Origin: a virus
Taxonomy: Duplodnaviria; Caudoviricetes
Direction: 5' to 3' (one strand)
DNA: 35,713 nucleotides
Virus record (IMG/VR): IMGVR_UViG_3300035562_000049
Span: 1 to 35,713 of that record
This document shows positions 1 through 8,184 of the stretch, piece by piece; the stretch's first letter is position 1, and each line of letters begins with the position of its first letter. The position numbers and the translations under genes were made by a program. Under the pieces are notes generated by a model that was given only the letters and a program-made list of their open reading frames with translations, searched no databases and had not been told where the DNA came from.

Positions 1-54
1 TGTCCTGGAACCTCTCCGGCTGTAGAAAATCAGCTTTACGGCTTATTGCTGGAT

Positions 55-89
55 ATTATAACAAAAACACCCAGCTGAATTGATTCAAG
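55..89 (-). promoter_or_regulatory. Probable promoter of the next host gene (pfkA by synteny) with an overlapping Cra-like site
   Basis: Minus strand reads TGTTATAAT (extended -10, 55-63). The palindrome GCTGAATTGATTCAAG (74-89) resembles the Cra box of enterobacterial pfkA. The order cpxP-fieF-pfkA is established; pfkA itself is outside the window. Confidence 0.55.
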
Positions 90-179
90 TCACGCAATAT
101 TGCGGTAAAAAACCACTATGGCACGCTGAGCTAACTCCGCCATTCACCCGTTGCACCAATCTTACAGGCCCTGTATTGA

Positions 180-1082
180 TTATAGCTCCCAACGCCCCTG
201 TCGGCCCTCTGGTACCACAGAACAGGGATCCTGGTGGATGAGGACATCCGCCCCAGGGAAACGATGCAACAGTGCCTGCTCCACCTGCTCGGCCAGAAGA
301 TGCGCCTGCATCAGCGGCAGCGCATCGTCCATCTCCAGATGCAACTGGATAAAACGCGTCGGGCCGGACTGGCGGGTTCGCAGATCGTGCGCGCCTTTCA
401 CTCCTGGCCAAGAGGAAATCACATCAATGATCGCCTGACGTTCATCATCCGGCAATGCCCTGTCCAGCAGCGATTGCACAGCTTCATTGCCCATCCGCAG
501 CGCGCTATAAAGAATGTAGACGCCAATGGCCAATGCAAACAGCGCATCCGCCCGTTGAAAACCGTACCAGCTTAGCGCAAGCGCTATAAGAATAGCACCA
601 TTCATCATGACATCTGACTGATAATGCAGCATATCTGCTCGTACTGCCTGACTGCGGGTTTTTCTTACCACCCAACGCTGATAGGTAACCAACAGCAAGG
701 TGCTGAACAACGCCACCACCGTCACGGCAATACCAACACCAGGGTCGCGCAGCGTTTCCGGGGAGTACAGATGCTGGAAGCCGGTCAGGAACAGAAATAG
801 TGCCGAGCCGGAAATAAACATGCTTTGCGCCAACGCGGCCAGCGACTCGGCCTTGCCATGCCCGAAGGTGTGTTCCTCGTCGGCCGGCTGCAGCGAATAA
901 CGCACCACCAGCAAGTTTGTCAGCGACGCGGCAATATCCACCAATGAATCTACCAGCGCCGCCAGCAGGCTCACGGAACCGGTGTGATACCAGGCGACAA
1001 TTTTGATCAGTAGCAGTATGGAGGCCAACGCGGTGGCTGCTAACGCGGCGGATTTCACCAGACGCGCATATTGCGGTTCCAT
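180..1082 (-). CDS. fieF: Cation diffusion facilitator family transporter FieF (YiiP)
   Basis: 300 aa; motifs [38 protein letters not shown]; downstream of cpxP. Confidence 0.97.
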   Translation of the reverse strand: MEPQYARLVKSAALAATALASILLLIKIVAWYHTGSVSLLAALVDSLVDIAASLTNLLVVRYSLQPADEEHTFGHGKAESLAALAQSMFISGSALFLFLTGFQHLYSPETLRDPGVGIAVTVVALFSTLLLVTYQRWVVRKTRSQAVRADMLHYQSDVMMNGAILIALALSWYGFQRADALFALAIGVYILYSALRMGNEAVQSLLDRALPDDERQAIIDVISSWPGVKGAHDLRTRQSGPTRFIQLHLEMDDALPLMQAHLLAEQVEQALLHRFPGADVLIHQDPCSVVPEGRQGRWEL

Positions 1083-1129
1083 AACCCATCCAGGTTAAAC
1101 ATTGAGAGGGTCAATATAGCGGAATGATG

Positions 1130-1165
1130 GACAAAAAAAACCCCGCCATCATGGCGGGGGAAGAC
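1130..1165. repeat. Third, shorter copy of the att core (CpxQ terminator hairpin)
   Basis: GACAAAAAAAACCCCGCCATCATGGCGGGGGAAGAC, identical to 3170-3205 (36 bp direct repeat). Confidence 0.95.
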
Positions 1166-1528
1166 TCACCTTGCATGATATTGCCTAAGTCGGGCCAGTT
1201 TTGGTGCTACGAAAAAATGTAATATTTAGCTTTATACGTCACGGAATACATATCGTCGGAACCGGTTACGACAAAAAATACTTTTTATATTGTGCGCGAC
1301 CTATCTAAATTATTTTATCCGATAACTTAACTTATTATTTTTTCACAAAAAAATAATAATCATGATGAAATAAAAACACACTGGCAAAAAACAAACAATA
1401 TTACAACTACAACCTCAACCATAAACAAAAAAACAATTTATTGAAAAAAAATAACTATCCCACTATAAAATACCATTCATCTTTCAATTACAGTTAGTTT
1501 AAACTGTATATAATCACAAGAAGCGGCA

Positions 1529-3103
1529 ATGAACAAATTAATAACAAATTTAACCTACCCCATCAAATTATTTATAATAATTTACATCGTTGGTTTTTCG
1601 CACAGTATTTTACTCCCCTTCATCATGGAAATGACAGCAATCACTTTGCTCGTGCGATATAGATCATATTTATTAGTTAAAATAATTGCGCTGTTTTTTG
1701 TTGTAATTGAAGGGGCTCAGCTGTCCTCAATATTTAACACGGGATTTTACATACAGCCATTAACCATAACAAACCTTGGCGAAGCTAGTGTGGTAGGCGT
1801 TGAAATTATTGCATCAACAATATTAATCACTCTGCTTTATTTTGCTTTATCTTTTAAATTATCGCAAAAGCCGCTTAAAGGCTTACCACTGGTTTGTTTA
1901 TTATTTTCTTCAGTGATGGCAATTTTATTATGGAAAAACACACCAATATATAAATTTTCAAATAGCGTTTATGAAGCATATAACCAATATAGCAGCATCT
2001 ATGCGATAAACCCAAGCAATGCGAAATACTTTAAAAGGGAGTCTATCTCATCTGAAAAAGACAGCCTTCCTCAGTCGCTACATTCAAAAAACCAAAATAT
2101 AGTCGTCATCTTTACCGAAGGACTATCCTCTGTGGTTATGAGTGATAATATGACACCTAATCTTATCAAGCTCTCCCGGCAGTCTTTCAATTTTTTAAAT
2201 TACTATAACCATACAGCAGCGACATTTCGTGGTATCCGGGGACAACTGACATCAGGTTATCAATTCCTCGGTGGATTCAATCCAGAACATGTTGGTGTAG
2301 GTGAAGTATCAGCCACCACGGTAAAGAGACGTTTTAACGGAAAATTGATCAGTATACCAAACATACTTGCAACGCATAATTATACATCTTATTTTATCGC
2401 TCCGAACAGCAGACAAGAAAATCTTAGCCAAATGATATCCACACTAGGATTTGATGATGTTTATGGTAACGAGGATTTCAATGATGCCACAGATATTAAG
2501 TTAACCGATAAACAAACCTATGAGTTACTGTGGGAAAAAATCAATGAACCCCATGATAAACCTTTCTTTATAGGCGTCTACACCGTAGGCACTCATATTG
2601 GAATGGATAGTCCGGACGAAAAATTTGGTGACGGCAATAACGAATACAATAATAAATTCCATAATCTTGACCATCAGTTCGGCGTTTTTTTTGAAAAGTT
2701 TAAAAATAGCAAAGTTGCAGACAATACCATCCTTGTATTTACAGCTGATCATGCTGCCTTCCCTACGCCAAAATTCAAGGAAACATTTAACTCAGAAAGC
2801 GATGTATTTGTTGATCAAATACCATTGATGATTTATAAGAAAAACGCACCAACAATAAATTTTAATGTGGATGGTAAAAATTCACTAGCTCTGGCTCCAA
2901 CTCTGCTAGATATACTTGGAGTAAAGAATGGAGGGAATTATTTCCTTGGCTGTTCTTTATTTGACAGTCATTGTTCAAGTGTCTTTGAGAATACTACGGC
3001 TATTGGAAGCTTCATTGTTAACACTAAAAATTCAAAAATGAGCATTGGTGAAAAAACAGAAATAACAGAGAAAATCAATCGCTACTATACAATTAGTGGA
3101 TAG
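1529..3103 (+). CDS. Membrane-anchored LTA synthase / sulfatase-like (alkaline phosphatase superfamily) transferase
   Basis: 524 aa; several N-terminal hydrophobic segments, then NIVVIFTEGLS, HTAATFRG (candidate Thr nucleophile), VGTH and FTADH metal-ligand motifs. Confidence 0.8.
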   Translation: MNKLITNLTYPIKLFIIIYIVGFSHSILLPFIMEMTAITLLVRYRSYLLVKIIALFFVVIEGAQLSSIFNTGFYIQPLTITNLGEASVVGVEIIASTILITLLYFALSFKLSQKPLKGLPLVCLLFSSVMAILLWKNTPIYKFSNSVYEAYNQYSSIYAINPSNAKYFKRESISSEKDSLPQSLHSKNQNIVVIFTEGLSSVVMSDNMTPNLIKLSRQSFNFLNYYNHTAATFRGIRGQLTSGYQFLGGFNPEHVGVGEVSATTVKRRFNGKLISIPNILATHNYTSYFIAPNSRQENLSQMISTLGFDDVYGNEDFNDATDIKLTDKQTYELLWEKINEPHDKPFFIGVYTVGTHIGMDSPDEKFGDGNNEYNNKFHNLDHQFGVFFEKFKNSKVADNTILVFTADHAAFPTPKFKETFNSESDVFVDQIPLMIYKKNAPTINFNVDGKNSLALAPTLLDILGVKNGGNYFLGCSLFDSHCSSVFENTTAIGSFIVNTKNSKMSIGEKTEITEKINRYYTISG

Positions 3104-3172
3104 AGTGCATCTAAGAACAATCATTAATTCCGTGGTCTTAATCAACAACTCAAGAACGGCTAAAAAATTGAC

Positions 3173-3215
3173 AAAAAAAACCCCGCCATCATGGCGGGGG
3201 AAGACAGGGATGGTG
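3173..3215. repeat. Prophage att core, fieF-side junction
   Basis: 43 bp AAAAAAAACCCCGCCATCATGGCGGGGGAAGACAGGGATGGTG, identical to 35588-35630. Confidence 0.95.
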
Positions 3216-3266
3216 AAGAAATCCAGCAAGTAACAAATTGGAATAAAAGGATTTATTCTATCCATC

Positions 3267-3284
3267 GTCTACATTTTGACTACA
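3267..3284. promoter_or_regulatory. Putative integrase arm-type sites (pair)
   Basis: GTCTACA and GACTACA with starts 11 bp apart, as at 35487-35504; the reverse complement TGTAGAC resembles the P2 arm site TGTGGACA. Confidence 0.7.
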
Positions 3285-3291
3285 CTTCGAC

Positions 3292-3320
3292 AAAAAAAAG
3301 CCCCGAATATTCCGGGGCTT
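3292..3320 (-). terminator. Intrinsic terminator after the moron genes
   Basis: AAGCCCCG-aatattc-CGGGGCTT hairpin with a T-run on the minus strand, just past the stop at 3331. Confidence 0.8.
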
Positions 3321-3330
3321 CATCCTGTAT

Positions 3331-3963
3331 TTACTTCCAGGCACAGGCTTTTTGAAGAGGTTTTAACGCCTCAGATAAACCAGTTAAATCAAACGTCACA
3401 TTCACAGGGCTTTCGTTGTACGGCGTAATTTGAGCGTACATTCCATTCGCCTGAGTCAAGGCTTTGACGAACTCGATCACATTCCCACGATAGAAAACAG
3501 CTTTCGTATCACTGGAAATGTTCCAAGCTTTCGTTTTTGCCTTTTGCTTGTCCAGACGGTATAGCATCTGCGTTTCATTCAGGCCAAGATATGTATCCCA
3601 ATTGATGTACAACTCCGTTTTCTTCTCCCTGCAAGTAATGTACAACTCAGGAGTAACTGACTCACCAAACTGGGAACGGAAAGACTCATTAGCAGAAAGA
3701 CTAACGAAAACATTCTCTGAATCGTCTACCGGTGAAGACTGTGTTGATACTTGCCATTTTCCAACACCTGCCGCAGGTTTAGCATCTTCGACGACTTTTG
3801 GCGGTAAAGCTCTATCATAGCAAGCCAAACGATCTTCACCCTTTGCTTCTGACTGACATTTTAGTAAAGCATCTTTATCGAAGTCAGCCTTAGCCTCTGT
3901 CGCTGCATACGCTGTAGACACAGCCGTAAAACAGAGCGCCATAGCAATTATTATCTTGTTCAT
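3331..3963 (-). CDS. Exported protein resembling T6SS-associated TagO/VasI family (moron)
   Basis: Start reassigned to MNKIIIAMALC (signal peptide, AAAGG upstream). C-x9-RLACYD motif and C-terminal 'LKPLQKACAW' recall VasI/TagO-like proteins; family call from memory. Confidence 0.6.
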   Translation of the reverse strand: MNKIIIAMALCFTAVSTAYAATEAKADFDKDALLKCQSEAKGEDRLACYDRALPPKVVEDAKPAAGVGKWQVSTQSSPVDDSENVFVSLSANESFRSQFGESVTPELYITCREKKTELYINWDTYLGLNETQMLYRLDKQKAKTKAWNISSDTKAVFYRGNVIEFVKALTQANGMYAQITPYNESPVNVTFDLTGLSEALKPLQKACAWK

Positions 3964-3974
3964 GTACACACCTT

Positions 3975-4307
3975 TCAGGCTTTTGGGCGGGTCAAAAAAA
4001 CAAACATCCCGATAATGATATCGCCAATAACCCATATAGTTCCCAGCATCATCATTCCCAACCCCGTGCCAAGTGCAGCGCCGGCACGTTCAGCATCTGA
4101 GGCCGCGCTATTGATCACATCACTACTGCCACCGGCTCCGGCAAAGATGCAATAAATCATAAAAACGTTGAACAGGATAAATACCCATTTCACAACTTTG
4201 CCAAAAAACGAGCGTTTCGGCTTCTTTACCTGATGCCCACAAGACGGGCATTTAAACGCTGAATCACTAATTTCTTTACTGCATTCCGGGCAGTTTACTA
4301 ATGCCAT
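3975..4307 (-). CDS. Zinc-ribbon domain inner-membrane protein (moron)
   Basis: CPEC...CPSCG ribbon followed by two hydrophobic helices; start taken at MALVNC after GGAGAGTAGGA. Confidence 0.8.
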   Translation of the reverse strand: MALVNCPECSKEISDSAFKCPSCGHQVKKPKRSFFGKVVKWVFILFNVFMIYCIFAGAGGSSDVINSAASDAERAGAALGTGLGMMMLGTIWVIGDIIIGMFVFLTRPKA

Positions 4308-4375
4308 ATTCCTACTCTCCATAGATATGGTTACATAACCGCTATAAAGCCTATCAGTTGATTTTGTTTGGATAA

Positions 4376-4402
4376 ATAAAAATAACCCGCCTCAGAGGCG
4401 GG
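4376..4402 (-). terminator. Intrinsic terminator after ogr
   Basis: CCCGCCT-cag-AGGCGGG (4386-4402) followed by a T-rich tract on the minus strand. Confidence 0.7.
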
Positions 4403-4407
4403 GTAAT

Positions 4408-4650
4408 TCAAAGTGTGAGGGATAACTGATCTTCGCCGTGATGACTTCGCGGGAAAACATCTTGCGGAACCAGCGCGCCGGGGGCAGGCTGGGTTTGGTT
4501 TAATGCTCCGTCGATCTCTGTCATGCTGGTAAAGCAATAGCCGCACAACATATTTTGACACTGGTGATAACTGCGCCGCACCAGTACGCTCAACTCTACA
4601 CTGGTTCGAGTTTTCGCAACTGCACGGCAGCGAGGACAGCGCATTGCCAT
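4408..4650 (-). CDS. ogr: Ogr/Delta-family zinc-finger late transcription activator
   Basis: CPRC...TRTS...YHQCQNMLCG..F; follows gene D as in P2-like phages. Confidence 0.93.
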   Translation of the reverse strand: MAMRCPRCRAVAKTRTSVELSVLVRRSYHQCQNMLCGYCFTSMTEIDGALNQTQPAPGALVPQDVFPRSHHGEDQLSLTL

Positions 4651-4696
4651 ACGCGGGCCTCCTCTGGACTGGTTAATATCACGTCAAGTATAACGC

Positions 4697-5824
4697 CTAA
4701 CCCGTTGACTCGTCACCCGCCTCCGCCGTCCACTCGTCGATCTTAACTTCCAGTTCCAGCGACGTTGTAAAACCACCGCCGCCGATATCATGTACACAAC
4801 GGGTGATCGTCCAGTACCCGCTATCAATCGTGGACTTAAAACCCGACACGCTGGCCGGTTGCTCAGGGTACAAATCAGCGCGGCCCCGCGCCAATGTGAT
4901 AGAGAATGATGCTGCGCCCCGCTGTAGTTGGCTCCACTTCGCCGCCGCTGCTCGCTTTGCCGCTCGCTCAGTTTTGAACGTCTTGCGGATCACAAATACG
5001 TTACCGTCCGCACCGGCCATATAATCCCCTTCCTTGCTGCTTGAGGCGGGTTCTTTGACCTTTTTCCGCCTGGTTGTTCTGCGGCGTCTTCGGCTGGTTG
5101 TCTTCACCGTTGTGGAAGGCTTCTTCCCAAAGTTGAGATCCAGCCAATAGGCAGTAACGCCGGTATAGGCGTCACGGTCTGCAATGCTAAAGCTGTGCTT
5201 ATCACCGCTGGCCCGCACTACGCTGATTGCTGGTAGCGGTTTACCGCTCTGGGTTAAGCCCTGCCCTGGCGTGATGAATAGCAACATGCCGTTTTTGACG
5301 GTAGCAACTGCGCCCAGCATATCCGCCATTCTGGTAAGAAAACTGATATCTGATTCGCTGGTCTGGTCTGCGTGATCAATCTCAATCTTCGCCAGTTCCT
5401 CGCTCACTCCAGCGCGCAGGTCATACCGGCTGGCGATACTGGCGACCACATCGCCAACGGTAATATCATGCCAGGAGTACTCACGCTTCACGTTGAAGGT
5501 GTCGCGAAAGTCTGCGCTGCGAGCGCTGATTGTGAGCTGGTCAGGCGGGCCACGGTGGGCAACCTCATCAACGGTATACAGCCCCTTGAATATCAGCGGG
5601 TCGTTATCCCAGCCCAGTGAAACGGAAATCTTAGCGCCGCGCGATGGCATAACGATCTGCCCATCTGAATCGTCCAGCGTCAGATCCAAAGTATCCGCCT
5701 CAAAGCCCCGGTTGTCCGTGAGTGACAACGATATCAAGCGCTCATCCAGCGCGGTGAGCTGTTTGCTTTCAATCTGAATACTGAACGCCGGGCGGGGAGA
5801 GTACCGCGCATCATCATCCAACAT
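4697..5824 (-). CDS. D: Phage late control / baseplate hub protein gpD
   Basis: LISLSLTDNRGFEADTLDLTLDD, HADQTSESDISFLTR, GRADLYPE; start moved to MLDDDARY because the longer ORF runs through the promoter region. Confidence 0.92.
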   Translation of the reverse strand: MLDDDARYSPRPAFSIQIESKQLTALDERLISLSLTDNRGFEADTLDLTLDDSDGQIVMPSRGAKISVSLGWDNDPLIFKGLYTVDEVAHRGPPDQLTISARSADFRDTFNVKREYSWHDITVGDVVASIASRYDLRAGVSEELAKIEIDHADQTSESDISFLTRMADMLGAVATVKNGMLLFITPGQGLTQSGKPLPAISVVRASGDKHSFSIADRDAYTGVTAYWLDLNFGKKPSTTVKTTSRRRRRTTRRKKVKEPASSSKEGDYMAGADGNVFVIRKTFKTERAAKRAAAAKWSQLQRGAASFSITLARGRADLYPEQPASVSGFKSTIDSGYWTITRCVHDIGGGGFTTSLELEVKIDEWTAEAGDESTG

Positions 5825-5892
5825 CTTATTGGTTCCCTCATTGGTGAAGGTACCATCGTCGCCACGCGCGCGCGTACAGACAACGCGGGGCT

Positions 5893-5914
5893 GTTGTTGC
5901 GGTCTGCTGACAAC
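5893..5914. promoter_or_regulatory. Ogr-binding site between divergent D and FI genes
   Basis: GTTGT-tgcggtctgctg-ACAAC matches TGT-N12-ACA; about 80 bp from both start codons. Confidence 0.8.
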
Positions 5915-5984
5915 GCTCACCTCTCGCACCGTCTGGCAATTGTCGCAATGATAAGTGGCAATCACTGACTGGCGAGGCAACTAC

Positions 5985-7178
5985 ATGGCCACAAATTACC
6001 ATCACGGTGTAACCGTCAAGGAAACCACCGACCTGAGCACGATGATCACCGATATTGATTCAGCGGTGATCGGCGTCGTTTGTATCGCTGACGATGCAGA
6101 CAAAGACGCCTTCCCGCTGGATACCCCTGTACTCATCACCCGCGTGGCTTCCATGCTGGGGAAGGCAGGAAAAACCGGCACCCTGTTTACCACGCTGAAA
6201 GCCATTTCAGACCAGACCAGCCCGCAAACCATCGTGATCCGCGTTGCTGATGCAAGCAAAATCCCCCCCGTTGAAGGGAAAGCAGCAAAAACACAGGATC
6301 AACTGGTGATCGGCGGCACCGACGACACAGGGCGCTTTACCGGCCTGTATGCGCTGCTGTCGGCAGAAATGCGCGTTGGCGTACGTCCGCGAGTGCTGGC
6401 CGTTCCTGGCCTTGATACTCAGCCCGTAGCGGCACAACTTGGCGTTATCGCTGAGAAGCTGCGCGCCTTTGCTTATGTATCAGCTAATGGCTGCAACACC
6501 ATCGCTGAGGCGAAGACGTACCGCGAGAATTTTTCCCAGCGTGAAATGATGGTTATCTGGCCTAATTTCATCTGCTACGACACCAACGCGGGAGCAAATG
6601 CCACCGTGCCGGTGGGTGCTCATGCGGTAGGAATGCGCGCCAAAATCGACGCCACGCAGGGCTGGCACAAAACCATTTCCAACGTGCCGGTAAATAACGT
6701 GCTGGGGATGGATCGGGATATCTATTTCACCCTACAGGGTACCGATACCGACGCGGACGAGCTGAACGCGGCAGGCGTCACCACCCTGATCAAACAGGAC
6801 GGTTATCGCATCTGGGGATCGCGCACCTGCGACGAAGAAACCTACATCTTTGAGAGCTATACCCGTACCGCTCAAATTGTGGCGGATACCGTCGCAGAAG
6901 CCCATTTTTTCTACGTTGATAAGCCGCTTACACCATCACTGGTTAAAGACATTGTGGACGGCATCAACAAGAAACTGACGTCCTATGTGACGGCAGGCAA
7001 GCTACTGGGTGCGCGCTGCTGGTACGACCCTGAGCCGAATACCAGCGAGACGCTGCGCAACGGGCAGCTCACCATTAAATACAACTACACCCCTGTTCCG
7101 CCGCTGGAAAATCTCAGCCTGGTGCAGGAATTCACTGACGAATACTTCGCTACGTTTTCCAGCGCAGTGAATAACTAA
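5985..7178 (+). CDS. FI: Tail sheath protein gpFI
   Basis: YHHGVTV, GWHKTISNVPV, IWGSRTC, YTPVPPLENL; start at MATNY after GAGG. Confidence 0.95.
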   Translation: MATNYHHGVTVKETTDLSTMITDIDSAVIGVVCIADDADKDAFPLDTPVLITRVASMLGKAGKTGTLFTTLKAISDQTSPQTIVIRVADASKIPPVEGKAAKTQDQLVIGGTDDTGRFTGLYALLSAEMRVGVRPRVLAVPGLDTQPVAAQLGVIAEKLRAFAYVSANGCNTIAEAKTYRENFSQREMMVIWPNFICYDTNAGANATVPVGAHAVGMRAKIDATQGWHKTISNVPVNNVLGMDRDIYFTLQGTDTDADELNAAGVTTLIKQDGYRIWGSRTCDEETYIFESYTRTAQIVADTVAEAHFFYVDKPLTPSLVKDIVDGINKKLTSYVTAGKLLGARCWYDPEPNTSETLRNGQLTIKYNYTPVPPLENLSLVQEFTDEYFATFSSAVNN

Positions 7179-7190
7179 CCGGGGGCGCAT

Positions 7191-7706
7191 ATGGCTCTGC
7201 CTAAAAAACTTAAATACTTCAACATGTTCTTTGACGGGGATAACTATTTTGGCATGGTGCCGGAAATCACCCCGGCGAAGTTAACCAGGAAGACCGAGGA
7301 TTACCAGGCCGGTGGTATGCCTGGTTCTGTCGCCGTCGATCTCGGCTTTGATGCCGGGGCACTGGATATGGATATCACCCTAGGCGGCATGGATGCCGGA
7401 TTACTTAAAAAATGGGGTATTGCCACCGCCGATGGTATGCAGACACGTTACGCCGGGTCATACCAGGACGACTCTACCGGCGAGGCGGTACCCGTTGAAA
7501 TCCAGACGCGCGGACGCTTCACGGAGATGGATCCCGGCACGTCCAAGACCGGGGATGATACTTCCCATAAGTACACCCTGAAAAATACCTATTACAAGCT
7601 GACCATCAACAGCGAAGAAATCATTGAAGTTGATGTGCTCAATATGATCTACAAAGTTGGCGGCGTTGACATGATGGAAAAACACCGCGCTAACATTGGC
7701 TTATAA
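7191..7706 (+). CDS. FII: Major tail tube protein gpFII
   Basis: MALPKKLKYFNMF...HRANIGL, typical of P2-like FII. Confidence 0.95.
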   Translation: MALPKKLKYFNMFFDGDNYFGMVPEITPAKLTRKTEDYQAGGMPGSVAVDLGFDAGALDMDITLGGMDAGLLKKWGIATADGMQTRYAGSYQDDSTGEAVPVEIQTRGRFTEMDPGTSKTGDDTSHKYTLKNTYYKLTINSEEIIEVDVLNMIYKVGGVDMMEKHRANIGL

Positions 7707-7720
7707 GGAATTAATACACC

Positions 7721-8059
7721 ATGACCAAAGCAACCAAAAAAGAGGGCGTTCAGCTTAATACACCAATCGTGCGCGGCAAGACAGAGATCACCGAAGTCAC
7801 GATCACGCCCGTGTTAAAACAGGCCGGGTCACTGCGTGGCTTAAAAGTGTATGACGTGCTGACGTCTAACTATGATGCGCTGATTGTCCTGCTGCCGCGC
7901 GTCACCGCTCCGGCGTTGACCGCTGACGAAATCGCCCGTATGGATACATGGGATTTCTGTCAGCTCGCCAATGCGGTGGTTGATTTTTTGCAGCCACCTT
8001 CGGATCAGAACGAGACGGATACGGGCAATTCGTCATTAGATGCCCCTGCGAGCGCATAG
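7721..8059 (+). CDS. E: Tail assembly chaperone gpE
   Basis: PIVRG, AGSLRGL, LPRVTAPALT, VVDFL; between tube and tape measure genes. Confidence 0.9.
   Translation: MTKATKKEGVQLNTPIVRGKTEITEVTITPVLKQAGSLRGLKVYDVLTSNYDALIVLLPRVTAPALTADEIARMDTWDFCQLANAVVDFLQPPSDQNETDTGNSSLDAPASA
7984..7990 (+). other. Programmed -1 frameshift slippery site (TTTTTTG)
   Basis: Same T6G motif as P2 gene E; the -1 frame is open from 7984 to TAA at 8182-8184. Confidence 0.85.
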
Positions 8060-8184
8060 AAAACTTAATGGCGGATATCGCCGTCATTTTCCACTGGCGA
8101 CCTGCGGAGATGGACGCCATGACGGTAGAGGAACTTCTGTTATGGCGTGACCAGGCCGCTGCGCGTAGTGGCGGAGATCACTAA
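7984..8184 (+). CDS. E' extension of the gpE+E' frameshift product (absent from ORF track)
   Basis: -1 frame reads ...RIENLMADIAVIFHWRPAEMDAMTVEELLLWRDQAAARSGGDH*, the GpE' signature. Confidence 0.88.
   Translation, partial: FFAATFGSERDGYGQFVIRCPCERIENLMADIAVIFHWRPAEMDAMTVEELLLWRDQAAARSGGDH

Larger units (their letters stand above)
1130..3205. mobile_element. Integrase-less AT-rich islet flanked by 36-bp direct repeats
   Basis: att-core repeats at both ends, composition far more AT-rich than fieF or the phage core, and a single cargo gene. Confidence 0.7.

Noticed and set aside
1141-1160. att hairpin as a REP/ERIC element or tRNA fragment
   Set aside because: Fully explained as the duplicated CpxQ terminator; no tRNA structure is present.
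3331-3963. A type VI secretion locus
   Set aside because: The sheath, tube and baseplate genes are P2 phage-type and sit with capsid and terminase genes; no tss core genes are present.
5825-5984. N-terminal extensions of D (to 5980) and FI (from 5955) in the ORF track
   Set aside because: They cross the Ogr site and promoter region; family-like sequence begins at 5824 and 5985.
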